Part shown: piece by piece, positions 17,468 to 25,892 of the stretch
Layout of the letters: each line of letters opens with the position of its first letter
Numbering within the stretch: position 1 is the stretch's first letter
Virus record (IMG/VR): IMGVR_UViG_2770939491_000001
Origin: an uncultured virus (IMG/VR IMGVR_UViG_2770939491_000001)
Taxonomy: Duplodnaviria > Heunggongvirae > Uroviricota > Caudoviricetes
Direction: 5' to 3' (one strand)
Length of the DNA stretch: 31,644 bases
Program-made: the position numbers and the translations under genes
The notes under the pieces: model-generated
The model's input: the letters and a program-made list of their open reading frames with translations, nothing else
Told to the model about the DNA's origin: nothing
Databases searched by the model: none

Positions 17468-17661
17468 TTCGGGTTCTCCTGGATTCCGATACGTTCGATG
17501 TGTTCGCGATTGTCGAGGCTGTGATGGATGTGCACCCAGCCGGCGGTCGCGCCCTGCAGGTCCTTGACCATCTCCAGGTCCGGCCCGCACACGCAGTTGC
17601 CGGTCAGGGTGTGTTGGATGAGGTCCGCGCGCGGAGTCACGTGAATGTCGTCGACGGTCAT
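17464..17661 (-). CDS. Small His/Cys phage protein (CVCGP...HHSLDNRE)
   Basis: Coupled ORF. Confidence 0.75.
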   Translation of the reverse strand: MTVDDIHVTPRADLIQHTLTGNCVCGPDLEMVKDLQGATAGWVHIHHSLDNREHIERIGIQENPN

Positions 17662-17894
17662 GCAACAGCCTTGTCTCGGATGTAGTTAGCGGTGCGGAAT
17701 GCCAGCGAGACGGCGAGCCGCCAGGACAGGACGTAGGCGACCTCGTAGCCGGTGTCGCCGCACAGGACACACACTGCCCAGCCCTGCACGCGGTCGTTCA
17801 CTGCGCGGACGGCGCCGACATGCACGCGTGGGGATCGCGGGCCCCCTGCGCAATACCGGTTGAGGTACCGGTCGAGCTGCTCACCGTTCGTCAT
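17658..17894 (-). CDS. Small phage protein (MTNGEQLDRY...)
   Basis: Coupled ORF. Confidence 0.6.
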   Translation of the reverse strand: MTNGEQLDRYLNRYCAGGPRSPRVHVGAVRAVNDRVQGWAVCVLCGDTGYEVAYVLSWRLAVSLAFRTANYIRDKAVA

Positions 17895-18150
17895 CGGCGT
17901 CGCCTTCCCACGCGGCGAGAAGCTGCAGCACTTCGGCGTTCGGGCACAGCTCACCCGGCTCTAGGGTCATGCCGTGTGCTTGGCAGTCGCCGGCATGGTC
18001 GAACCAGCAGTCTTCGCCGTCGATGAACATCGCGACCAGTTCGCGCAGTCGCGCGAGTTCGTTGACGAGGGCGTGGGTTTCGTCCGTGTCGGGGTAGGTG
18101 GAGTACTCCAGCCAACCCGCGAGCTGTTCGTCCGTGATCCGGTCAGACAT
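17881..18150 (-). CDS. Small phage protein (CWFDHAGDCQAH)
   Basis: Coupled ORF with a Cys/His motif. Confidence 0.75.
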   Translation of the reverse strand: MSDRITDEQLAGWLEYSTYPDTDETHALVNELARLRELVAMFIDGEDCWFDHAGDCQAHGMTLEPGELCPNAEVLQLLAAWEGDADDER

Positions 18151-18379
18151 CGTGAGCCGTCTTCCGTCGTTGCCGCAGCCCGTAGATGTTCGCGGCGCCG
18201 TACGTGAGTGCGGACAGCAGGAACCACCATTGACCCGTCGCGACCGCGTACGCGATCCACAGCGCTTGTACGGAGAGCCCGATCACCGGGCCGATGAGCG
18301 AGTTCGGGCGCCCGTAGACGAGGAACAGGCCCGTCACACCGATCGATGTGAGCGCGAACGACCACCACAGTGAGATGAT
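18143..18379 (-). CDS. Small 3-TM membrane protein; start codon non-canonical or mutated
   Basis: LWWSFALTSIGVTGLFL...QALWIAYAVATGQWWF; GGAGG 8 nt before ATC. Confidence 0.65.
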   Translation of the reverse strand: MISLWWSFALTSIGVTGLFLVYGRPNSLIGPVIGLSVQALWIAYAVATGQWWFLLSALTYGAANIYGLRQRRKTAHDV

Positions 18380-18382
18380 GGC

Positions 18383-18820
18383 TCAGCCCTCCAATGCTTT
18401 TCGCTGGGTGTAGCGGCGCTGTGCCAGCTTTCGACACTCTCGGCAATACCGAGTTCGAGAGCCGGATCGGGTGTACGTGTTCTCAGCGGTCATTGCGTGC
18501 CCGTTTGCGCAATGCGCATACTCGGGCAGCGGTTTTCGCGCCATGTTCTCGGCGAACGTGACGGCTTCCAGGTGGTCTATGTTCACGCAATCGCGGTGTT
18601 GACAGCCGCGGGCCGCAACATGGTCGATCGTGATGTCGTCCGCAAGAGGGCCGTGGTGGTGTTCCCAGACGACTCGGTGGACCATTGTGAGGCGGCGGTT
18701 CACGCTGATGCGCCCGTAGCCTCCGTTCGTGGAGCGATCGCCGGTGAACCGAAGGCAACTGCCATCGTGGACAGTTCGCGCAAGGACCCGCTCGTAGGGG
18801 CTCGTCAGGACCTTCGGCAT
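18383..18820 (-). CDS. HNH endonuclease with C-terminal Zn finger
   Basis: GYGRI...VHRVVW...IDH...CVNIDHLEAVT..EN; HCANGH...YCREC. Confidence 0.92.
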   Translation of the reverse strand: MPKVLTSPYERVLARTVHDGSCLRFTGDRSTNGGYGRISVNRRLTMVHRVVWEHHHGPLADDITIDHVAARGCQHRDCVNIDHLEAVTFAENMARKPLPEYAHCANGHAMTAENTYTRSGSRTRYCRECRKLAQRRYTQRKALEG

Positions 18821-19122
18821 CAGTCCACCGCCTCGTAGGTGACGGCGAATATGTCGCGGCGGCATGGGTAGAACTCGCGCGCGATGCCGCGAATTACCCA
18901 GTCACCCGGCGATGCCTGGATCCACCCTTCGAGTGTTCGGATGGCGATGGCGTGCCCCTTTGCTGTTCCGGGGCAACCCATGTCGTGCGAGCAGTGGTAG
19001 TTGGCGAGACCGCCGTTGTCGAGAATCCACTGGATGACCGCGGTAGCGCCTTCTGCGGTCCCGTCCCACTCCATGGCGGTGATGACGACGGGCTTCTTGC
19101 GGTACTGCTTGGCCTCAGCCAT
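18820..19122 (-). CDS. Conserved phage protein (YRKKPVVI...IRTLEG...GDWVIRG...FYPC)
   Basis: Motif pattern widespread in phages. Confidence 0.85.
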   Translation of the reverse strand: MAEAKQYRKKPVVITAMEWDGTAEGATAVIQWILDNGGLANYHCSHDMGCPGTAKGHAIAIRTLEGWIQASPGDWVIRGIAREFYPCRRDIFAVTYEAVD

Positions 19123-19444
19123 GGTTCTCCTCGGCCACCCAGCGGGTGACGGTGATGGTTTCGGTGACCTGGTGCACCAGGGTGATGTCGGGGTCGCCAT
19201 ACTCGGCGGGCCCGAAATCGGGATGGTCTTCGGCCAAGCCCTCCTCGAACTCCCACCGGTAGTGCTGCCCGGATGGCCCGCGGGTGACGATCGCGACGGT
19301 GCGTGTCCAGTCCCGGTTTTCGCCGTTGATGCGCGCGACAGTGGTGAAGCCGTCAATGTCGTAAGGTTCGACGTCTGTGAGCTCGTGCCAGTAGGTGCCG
19401 CGCAGGAGTTCGGCGAGCTGGTCGATCTCAGTCTTCTCACCCAT
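19115..19444 (-). CDS. Phage hypothetical protein (MGEKTEIDQL...)
   Basis: Coupled ORF. Confidence 0.75.
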   Translation of the reverse strand: MGEKTEIDQLAELLRGTYWHELTDVEPYDIDGFTTVARINGENRDWTRTVAIVTRGPSGQHYRWEFEEGLAEDHPDFGPAEYGDPDITLVHQVTETITVTRWVAEENHG

Positions 19445-20033
19445 CGTTGTTCTCCCTGCGTTGGCGGGCGCGCGCGATGGCTTCCCGGAATTCGGGAGAT
19501 GGGCCGGGGTTTTCGGCGCGCATCTTGGCGATCGTGCCGGGCGGGACGATCGTGCGGTCCACACCACCGTCACCCGCGCCCACCTCCTCGGTGCCACCGG
19601 TCACGGCCATGAGGGCTTTGTGGTACTCGTGGACCAAGTCGTCCAGGTGCCTGATGTGTTCGTGGGCGGCGGACCCATCGGCGCAGGCTGCGCGCAGCTG
19701 ATCTTGCAGGCGGCCAGCGAGCGCACCCTCCTCGCGAACATGCTCTTCCAGGGCGTCAATGAGGGCTTGGTCGCGCTGCTGTTTGGCGTGGATGGCCGCG
19801 TAGTCCTGCTGCACCTGCGCGCGTAGGGCGTCGAGTTGGCGGGTGCGGAGGATGGCGAGGTCGATCATGTGGACCAGGCCGCCATCGCCGTCGACGACCT
19901 TCAACAGGTGCGGCGGGAGCGTGTTGTACTGCTCGTCACCGCCCTCATAGGTACGCAGGGTCGCGTTGCGGATCTGCTCAAGCTCGGCGACGGTCAGGTC
20001 AGGGGTGTCGGCGCGGATCTCCTCGGCGGTCAT
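19437..20033 (-). CDS. Coiled-coil phage protein (MTAEEIRAD...)
   Basis: ATGA overlap. Confidence 0.7.
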   Translation of the reverse strand: MTAEEIRADTPDLTVAELEQIRNATLRTYEGGDEQYNTLPPHLLKVVDGDGGLVHMIDLAILRTRQLDALRAQVQQDYAAIHAKQQRDQALIDALEEHVREEGALAGRLQDQLRAACADGSAAHEHIRHLDDLVHEYHKALMAVTGGTEEVGAGDGGVDRTIVPPGTIAKMRAENPGPSPEFREAIARARQRRENNDG

Positions 20034-20716
20034 GCTGCCTCGCTTCGGATGACGCGACCGAAGCCGTCGACGATATCGACCCGGTCCGCAACGGATTCTT
20101 CGAAGTCGTCCAGGGCACGCAGAACCCGCAGCACGTGCTTGGCGTCTGCGAGAGCGTTGTGCTGTCCTTCGGTCTGTTCGGGCGGCTCGAACCCGTCGGG
20201 TACCTTCCGCAGCGCCTGCTGTAGGTCGTTGGTGTACATCGGCACACCCGCGGGGAGATCGATCATGCGGCCCCACAACTGTGCGAGGGCGACGTGGTCG
20301 TAGGCGCCGTAGTCAGCCCACAGTTCAGGCAGGTCCGTGTCGAAGTAAAACGGCCGACCATCGAGTTCGCCGGCCGGGGTCAGGTCACCGACGAGGAATT
20401 CGCGGACCTCGTTCGCGATCACCCACTTCGGCTTCACGAGCGTGCTCTTCGTATCGAGGTCGACGAGATCGATCGACGGCTTCGGGAACGTGTTCCGTGG
20501 GTGCGCGAGGTACCGGTCCAGCCCAGTCCGCCAGTTGAGCGGCAGGCTAGGCAGGACGTTGCGGACCAGCCAGTCGTTCGCCTTGATCTGGTTGAGAGGC
20601 ATGTCGGAGTTGACGGCGTAGTACTCGCGGCCGTCCTCACACACGATCCCGATCGATATCAGCTCGATCGTCCGGCCGTCCTCGAGGAACTCCGTGTCGT
20701 AGGCATACAGGGTCAT
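20030..20716 (-). CDS. Rv2179c/RNase AS-like DEDD 3'-5' exo(ribo)nuclease
   Basis: YDTEFLEDGRTIELISIG...WADYGAYDHVALAQLWG...HNALADA. Confidence 0.9.
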   Translation of the reverse strand: MTLYAYDTEFLEDGRTIELISIGIVCEDGREYYAVNSDMPLNQIKANDWLVRNVLPSLPLNWRTGLDRYLAHPRNTFPKPSIDLVDLDTKSTLVKPKWVIANEVREFLVGDLTPAGELDGRPFYFDTDLPELWADYGAYDHVALAQLWGRMIDLPAGVPMYTNDLQQALRKVPDGFEPPEQTEGQHNALADAKHVLRVLRALDDFEESVADRVDIVDGFGRVIRSEAA

Positions 20717-20720
20717 GCGG

Positions 20721-21101
20721 TCACCACCAGATGTGCAGGCCGTAGGAACCGGCGTCGATGAGGCCGCGGGCGTGGAGGTCGTCGATAACGGCTTCGAACG
20801 GCGGATAGAACTCGCGACGCCAGTGCAGTTCGGTCTGCCACGAGTGTTCGTAGTCACCGATCGGGGTGTTCGCCCATTCCTCGACGGTGGGCACGCCTTC
20901 CGCGTAGCAGCCGCGGAACTCCTCGATCGATTCCCAACCGCCTTCGGGGTGGGGCACGTCGAACAGGTACACGGTGTCCTGACCCCACCGACAGCCATCC
21001 TGCTGCTGGAATCGGTATGGGCGACCGTAGGTTTCGGTGACGAGCTTGCTGAACTCGGACTCGTGGATGAGGGTCACGGTCCGCCCGGTGAGCGAGGTCA
21101 T
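20721..21101 (-). CDS. Phage hypothetical protein (MTSLTGRTV...)
   Basis: ATGA overlap. Confidence 0.75.
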   Translation of the reverse strand: MTSLTGRTVTLIHESEFSKLVTETYGRPYRFQQQDGCRWGQDTVYLFDVPHPEGGWESIEEFRGCYAEGVPTVEEWANTPIGDYEHSWQTELHWRREFYPPFEAVIDDLHARGLIDAGSYGLHIWW

Positions 21102-21472
21102 GCGGTGTGGTCTCCTTCGAGGGCTTTGCGGACTTCGCGGACACATTCGGTTTGGACAGCACCGAACAGGTCGTCGTACTTCTCGCTGTCCCACCGCCGC
21201 AGCAGCGTGTTCACCCGGTCGAGGGCGTCGAGCAGGTGCGACAGGTTCGTCATCGCCCACGCGATCGCTCTGGCGTCAGCGCCGTCATCTACCGCGTCGC
21301 GCGGACCTTCGCCGGTGAACCGTTCCAGCAGCCCGTCCGCCGTGGTGCCGACAGCCCAGTAGTCAGCGGGCCACGGGCCGGACGGCGGGGTCGCCTTCCA
21401 TTCACCGAGGGTCGCTTCGGCGAGGAGTGAGCGGCCTTCCGCGAGAAGGTGACTGAGCGGCGGCGGGGTCAT
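21098..21472 (-). CDS. Phage hypothetical protein, Ead/Ea22-like pattern
   Basis: AEATLGEW...ADARAIA...LLDAL; AGGAG RBS. Confidence 0.7.
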   Translation of the reverse strand: MTPPPLSHLLAEGRSLLAEATLGEWKATPPSGPWPADYWAVGTTADGLLERFTGEGPRDAVDDGADARAIAWAMTNLSHLLDALDRVNTLLRRWDSEKYDDLFGAVQTECVREVRKALEGDHTA

Positions 21473-21551
21473 GGCGGGTTCTCCTGACAGGCTCTATGCG
21501 TGGATGCGCACATCTTGATTTCACTACCCATGTCAAACCGGGTTCGCGGGT

Positions 21552-22223
21552 TCACGCCGCCGCCCGACTAGCGCGGCGCCGCGGTGCCGCACTCGTCGCT
21601 TCAGGCCGGTCAAGGTCGCCCTCGTCCCACTGAAACGGCAACGGCCAATGCTGCTTCCGCCCGAAGTTCCTGGCGCGCAACGACGGACCAGGCTCGAGCT
21701 GCAACCGGGCGAACACGTCAACCACCCGCCGATGCTTATCGACGGTGATCAACTCCGGTCGGGTACGCAACAGGTTGGACACACCCGTCTCCCCCATCCC
21801 GCACTCACGCGCCAACGTCGACATCGGCCAACCCGCAGCAACAAGCGCCTGCAGGCGGCGAATCGCCCCGACAGCGGGCATGTGGTCCCCTGCCGCGGCA
21901 ACTGCGTGCGCGGCGCCGGGGATCTCGACAGCAAGGAGCCGCTTCGCGGTGCTCTCCCAAATCTTCTCGGCCGGACCACCACGTTTGCCAACCAGAAGCG
22001 TGCCGAGAGAACTGCGCGGGATACCTGAGAGCTTCACGATCTGACGGCGACTCACACCAGCCGCGATCAACGCCAGGACGTGTTGGCGGACAGGCTCAGC
22101 GTCGACCAGAACCGATTCCCAGCGACCGTAGGCGGTCTGGCGATCCAGCACGGTCTGGTAGCAGGACTTGCACAGCTTCCGACGCAGCGGCTTGTATTCC
22201 TTGCCGCATCGGGTGCAGCTCAC
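21552..22223 (-). CDS. Tandem-HTH phage protein, paralog A, with N-terminal Zn finger
   Basis: CTRC..LCKSCY; DAEPVRQH; GAIRRLQALVAAGW; GGAGG RBS before GTG. Confidence 0.8.
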   Translation of the reverse strand: MSCTRCGKEYKPLRRKLCKSCYQTVLDRQTAYGRWESVLVDAEPVRQHVLALIAAGVSRRQIVKLSGIPRSSLGTLLVGKRGGPAEKIWESTAKRLLAVEIPGAAHAVAAAGDHMPAVGAIRRLQALVAAGWPMSTLARECGMGETGVSNLLRTRPELITVDKHRRVVDVFARLQLEPGPSLRARNFGRKQHWPLPFQWDEGDLDRPEATSAAPRRRASRAAA

Positions 22224-22285
22224 CGGGCACCTCCCGGAATGGCCCCCAGATTCGCCGCAGCCGTCCCCGGGTAACCGATCCCCTG

Positions 22286-22301
22286 TCGAACGCCTGTTCG
22301 A
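22286..22301. promoter_or_regulatory. Second LexA/SOS box, TCGAAC-GCCT-GTTCGA
   Basis: Exact consensus, about 60 bp upstream of paralog A. Confidence 0.7.
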
Positions 22302-22428
22302 CCGTCTCTGTGGACGACAGGCGGGCGCACGGCCAACAACAGCTCCGGCATCGGACCGCAGCAGAACAACACGGACACTGCACACAACTGCGTCCCATGT
22401 ACACAGTTTTGTTTGCTAATGGTTCTGT

Positions 22429-22824
22429 TCATGCTGCGGTGGTCTTTCCTACGAGGCGGGCGATGCAGGGTGCGTGTGCTTCTTCGCCGGTGGCTGCGGT
22501 GCAGGTGTGGCCGGGTTGGGCGTCGCAGTTGGGGCAGTGGTCGTTGATGGCGCCGTTGACTTGGTAGGCGAGCATGACGGCGCGTCGTTTGCGGTGTGGG
22601 GCGCTGGTTTGCCGGGTGGTGATGTGGGTGGCGATGTCGAGGAGTTGTTCGGGGGTGATGCGGAAGCTGCTGGTTTTGTGGTGGATGGAGACGGCTTCGG
22701 AGGCAACGTCTTTCGGGAGGTGGCCGATGGTGTCGTGCCAGTGGGTGATGGTGTCGGCGGTGATGTCGCGCTGGTCGTAGGCGGCGATTTCTTCCAGGAT
22801 CGCCGCGGTGTCAACCCGGTTCAT
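22429..22824 (-). CDS. Replication-associated protein (helicase loader/inhibitor-like) with Zn finger
   Basis: AAILEEIAAYDQR...WHDTIG...AVSIH; CPNC...C...HAPC; lies downstream of the initiator. Confidence 0.65.
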   Translation of the reverse strand: MNRVDTAAILEEIAAYDQRDITADTITHWHDTIGHLPKDVASEAVSIHHKTSSFRITPEQLLDIATHITTRQTSAPHRKRRAVMLAYQVNGAINDHCPNCDAQPGHTCTAATGEEAHAPCIARLVGKTTAA

Positions 22825-23384
22825 GCTGCGTCTTCTTCCTCGGTGGAGTCGCTGGTCAGGGCGCGGAACGCTTGCTGTGGGCCTTCGGTTGCTTCGCGGA
22901 GCACTTTCCACAGGGGCTCGAGGTGGCGGGGTGGCTGTTCGAGCTGTTCGCGGGTTCGGGCGAGCCTGGCGCGCAACTGGTCGGCCTGGTCGTTGGTGAG
23001 CTGGACGCTCGGGACACGACCGAGGGCGACGGCGCGGGAGTACCGGTGGGCCTCGTTGGTGCTGAACCCGATGTCTTGGAGGGCGTAGTTCGCTTCGTCC
23101 ATCAGTCGGCGCCGGTCGTCGGGCAGGTTGCGCAGCGCCTCGAAGTAGGCGGTTCGCGCGTAGCTGATGATCGACGCGGGGAGCGGCCGGTAGCCGGGGG
23201 CTTCGGTTTGGTAAGCGCGGTCGACGCCGGCGATGAGGTCTTCACGGCTGAGTTTGGATGTGGCGAACACGTTGGCCCAGGCGACGATCGCGGTCTGCGA
23301 GGGGGTGGGGAACCACAGGTCGTACCCGGAGCAGTGCTGGAGGACTTCACGGGCGATGTCGAGGTACTCGGGGTTGGTGTTCAT
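22821..23384 (-). CDS. Replication-associated hypothetical protein (MNTNPEYLDIAREVL...)
   Basis: YDLWFP...AWA...GVDRAY...PASII; similar layout to its neighbour. Confidence 0.7.
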   Translation of the reverse strand: MNTNPEYLDIAREVLQHCSGYDLWFPTPSQTAIVAWANVFATSKLSREDLIAGVDRAYQTEAPGYRPLPASIISYARTAYFEALRNLPDDRRRLMDEANYALQDIGFSTNEAHRYSRAVALGRVPSVQLTNDQADQLRARLARTREQLEQPPRHLEPLWKVLREATEGPQQAFRALTSDSTEEEDAA

Positions 23385-24313
23385 GCGATTTCCTGCACGT
23401 AGTCGGAGTCGAGGATGGTGAGCAGCGGTCGGTCGCCGGGGGCGGGGAGCGCGGGCTGGTTGTCGCCGGGGATGAGGCCGAGGGACCGTTTGGCGGCTTC
23501 GGCGGCTTCTTCCCAGCCGAGGGTTTTGCGGTCGTGGTGGGCGACGGGCACGCCGGTGTTGGCCGCCGCTGTGGGTGCTCGGCGGGCTTTGACGGCGTCG
23601 TCGACGAGGTGCCGGAACAGGCCGATGCGGGCGTCGGGTCGCGACATCCATGTTTCGAGGCCGGTGGTGATGTCGGTGGCGTCGACTCCGGCGTGGAGCA
23701 TGGCCGCGGCTTGGATGGCGAGTGCTGTGCGGGTGGGCTGCGAGAGGCCTTGGGTGAGGTTGCGGACGATCTTCCAGCCGTCGGGCGGCACTGTCGGCCC
23801 GGTGGCTTCGTCGGCGGGTGCGCGGCGTGTTTCGTCGTGCGTGTGCGCGTTACTTACGTGAGCAGCACTAGGTACGTAAGTAGTGTTCTTTTCTTCTCTA
23901 GTCTGCTCTGGGGGCGTGACGTCACGTGAGGTGTCACGTGACTCGTTTGCCTTCTTTCCGGATTTGCGGGCGCGCAGTCGGGCCTGCCGTTCGCGGTCAT
24001 TCTTCTGCCGTTCCAACAGGTCATCGCCCTTTTGGTTCCACTGCGCCCAGTCTGCGAACTGGTAGCCAGGGATGATTGACCCGCTGATTTCGGCCTCAGT
24101 TTCGTGCAGGATTCCGACCGAAACCAGGTCAGAAACTCGACGCGAAACCGACCGAATTCCGAACGTTTTCAACGCGCTTTTGGGGATGAAGCCCTTGGTT
24201 TCGGCGAGCCCGCAGTGGGCCCAGGCGCGGGTGAACAGCGTCTCGCAGTCTCGGTGGAGGCTGCTGAGGGCAGGGTCGTGCCAGTAGTTTGACGGCAGCC
24301 AGACGGCTTTCAC
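23381..24313 (-). CDS. Putative phage replication initiator
   Basis: WHDP..LF...AHC...GFIP, LVSVG...YQFADW, RERQARLR and SRDTSRDVT linker; GAAAGG(A) RBS. Confidence 0.75.
   Translation of the reverse strand: MKAVWLPSNYWHDPALSSLHRDCETLFTRAWAHCGLAETKGFIPKSALKTFGIRSVSRRVSDLVSVGILHETEAEISGSIIPGYQFADWAQWNQKGDDLLERQKNDRERQARLRARKSGKKANESRDTSRDVTPPEQTREEKNTTYVPSAAHVSNAHTHDETRRAPADEATGPTVPPDGWKIVRNLTQGLSQPTRTALAIQAAAMLHAGVDATDITTGLETWMSRPDARIGLFRHLVDDAVKARRAPTAAANTGVPVAHHDRKTLGWEEAAEAAKRSLGLIPGDNQPALPAPGDRPLLTILDSDYVQEIA
23851..23942. repeat. Candidate replication origin inside the initiator gene
   Basis: CGTGACGTCACGTGAGGTGTCACGTGAC repeats next to an AT-rich tract and TACTTACGT...ACGTAAGTA inverted repeat. 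Confidence 0.55.
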
Positions 24314-24345
24314 AGAAGGTCCGTCCTTTCGCTTCGGCGGGTGGG

Positions 24346-25068
24346 TCAGGCAGGCTTGGCGGCTTGTGCGAGGGCGCGTTTGTTGGCTTTGGAGCGGGCG
24401 ACACCGGCGCGGTGGCATACCCGGCAGGCACGGGATCCGTCGATCCGTCGCATGGTGTTCTCGGGGCTGTAGAGGTGCCCGTGCCTGCATTCGCCGTAGA
24501 CCGCGACCCAGTCCGGTTCGGCCAGTGGGTGATCGATGTCGATGCCCTCCCAGGCCAGCGGTGGGACGTGGCCTGCACGGCGTGCGGTCGAGGCGACGTG
24601 GTTGCTGGGTCCACGGGTTGCCGACAATTCCTCGTAGAGGGCTTTCACGGCGAGCCATCGCGTGTAGCTGGTGTGGCATTGCGTGAACAGTTGGCTCACC
24701 AGACTGCTGTCGATGCCGAGGCGTGCGGCGAGTACCCGGCGGGGCCAGCCGAGCGCGGAGAGCGCACCGAGGCGACGGGCCGCGCCAATTGCGAGGACAC
24801 GGTGCTGTGCTGGGTGTGGATGGTGGGACACCGCGAGGATTCGGCTGGCGAGGTGGGTGTTGACCTGCTGCTGATTCGGAATGTTCTGAATCGTTTGGCG
24901 GTCGACGCCGACGACGTAGCCGACCATCTGCGGTGTGACGTTCAGGGCGGCGAGGACGTCGAGATGCCGCTGCACCGGTGCGGCGTTGGTGTAGAACGCG
25001 ATGCCGTTGGCTTTGCGCCACCGGTACCGCTTGGTGTCGATGCTGCGGCTTCCGAGGGGCGTGGTCAT
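24346..25068 (-). CDS. Tandem-HTH phage protein, paralog B, with C-terminal CxxGH...CRxC finger
   Basis: GAARRLGALSALGW; PPLAWEGIDIDHP. Confidence 0.8.
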   Translation of the reverse strand: MTTPLGSRSIDTKRYRWRKANGIAFYTNAAPVQRHLDVLAALNVTPQMVGYVVGVDRQTIQNIPNQQQVNTHLASRILAVSHHPHPAQHRVLAIGAARRLGALSALGWPRRVLAARLGIDSSLVSQLFTQCHTSYTRWLAVKALYEELSATRGPSNHVASTARRAGHVPPLAWEGIDIDHPLAEPDWVAVYGECRHGHLYSPENTMRRIDGSRACRVCHRAGVARSKANKRALAQAAKPA

Positions 25069-25892
25069 GCTGCCTCCCGCAGTTCCCGCCGGCGGCGCAC
25101 CAGCGCCTGGTCGGCACCGTCCATGCTGATGTTGAGTGCCGCAGCGAGGCGGGCCCGCAGCCAGCCGTGCGTGATGGCGTGGTCGATGACCGCGATACGT
25201 TCCGGGCCGCGCAGTGGGTTCGCGTCCGGGTAGGTATGGCGGCCTTCGATGATGCGCTGCAGCAGCACTTCGTCGACACAGCCGGTGGCCGGTTCGGCAT
25301 CGAGAATCGGGGTGCTATCGGGGTGGTCGATATCGATTCCCTCCCACGCCAGGGGTGGTGCGTAGCCGCGGCGCGCGGATCGTGTTTTGCCGATAGCTGA
25401 AGGCCCCACCTGGTGGGACAACAGGTCATAAACAGCGCAAACTTGTTGGAAGGTTCGGCCTTTCACGGATTTGGAGCGCAGGATCTTGTCAACGCGCTCT
25501 TGTGTCCAGCCCAGGTGAGTGCCGATCTGGGCTTGTGTGTGGCCAGCGGCTTGCAGTGCCTGGATGCGTCGCTGGGTGCCGATCGCTGGGACGTTTCGTG
25601 ATTCTTGGTCGGGGGTGGGGATGTGGGTGACTGCGAGGACTCGTGCCGCGTACTGCCTGCGTGCGGTGGAGTACTTTCTTAGGCGGAAGTCGCGAATGGT
25701 GTTCTGGGTGAGTCCTGCGGCTGCGGCGACGGAGGAGTCGTTGAACCCGATCGAGACCAACCAGTTGACGTGGTCCTGTGCTGGTGTGGCGTCGATGATC
25801 GGGGATGGTAGGCCGCGGTACAAGCGCATTGCTCGCAGTTTGTGGTTGCGGTATTGCCCCTGTTTGGGAACGGTGGTGTGGATTGTGCTCAT
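25065..25892 (-). CDS. Tandem-HTH phage protein, paralog C, with an extra C-terminal HTH
   Basis: GTQRRIQALQAAGH; PPLAWEGIDIDHP; VDEVLLQRIIEG. Confidence 0.8.
   Translation of the reverse strand: MSTIHTTVPKQGQYRNHKLRAMRLYRGLPSPIIDATPAQDHVNWLVSIGFNDSSVAAAAGLTQNTIRDFRLRKYSTARRQYAARVLAVTHIPTPDQESRNVPAIGTQRRIQALQAAGHTQAQIGTHLGWTQERVDKILRSKSVKGRTFQQVCAVYDLLSHQVGPSAIGKTRSARRGYAPPLAWEGIDIDHPDSTPILDAEPATGCVDEVLLQRIIEGRHTYPDANPLRGPERIAVIDHAITHGWLRARLAAALNISMDGADQALVRRRRELREAA

Noticed and set aside
21500..21536. TTGACA -35 on the minus strand upstream of 21472
   Set aside because: No TANNNT at 16-18 bp spacing
22220..22432. 70-aa ORF bridging two genes
   Set aside because: It has overlaps at both ends, but its composition is atypical and it contains the SOS box; left uncalled because it may be regulatory DNA
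23381..25429. 682-aa ORF as a single protein
   Set aside because: The 5' half overlaps paralogs B and C in another frame and reads as R/P-rich shadow; the plausible gene starts at GTG 24313 with an RBS
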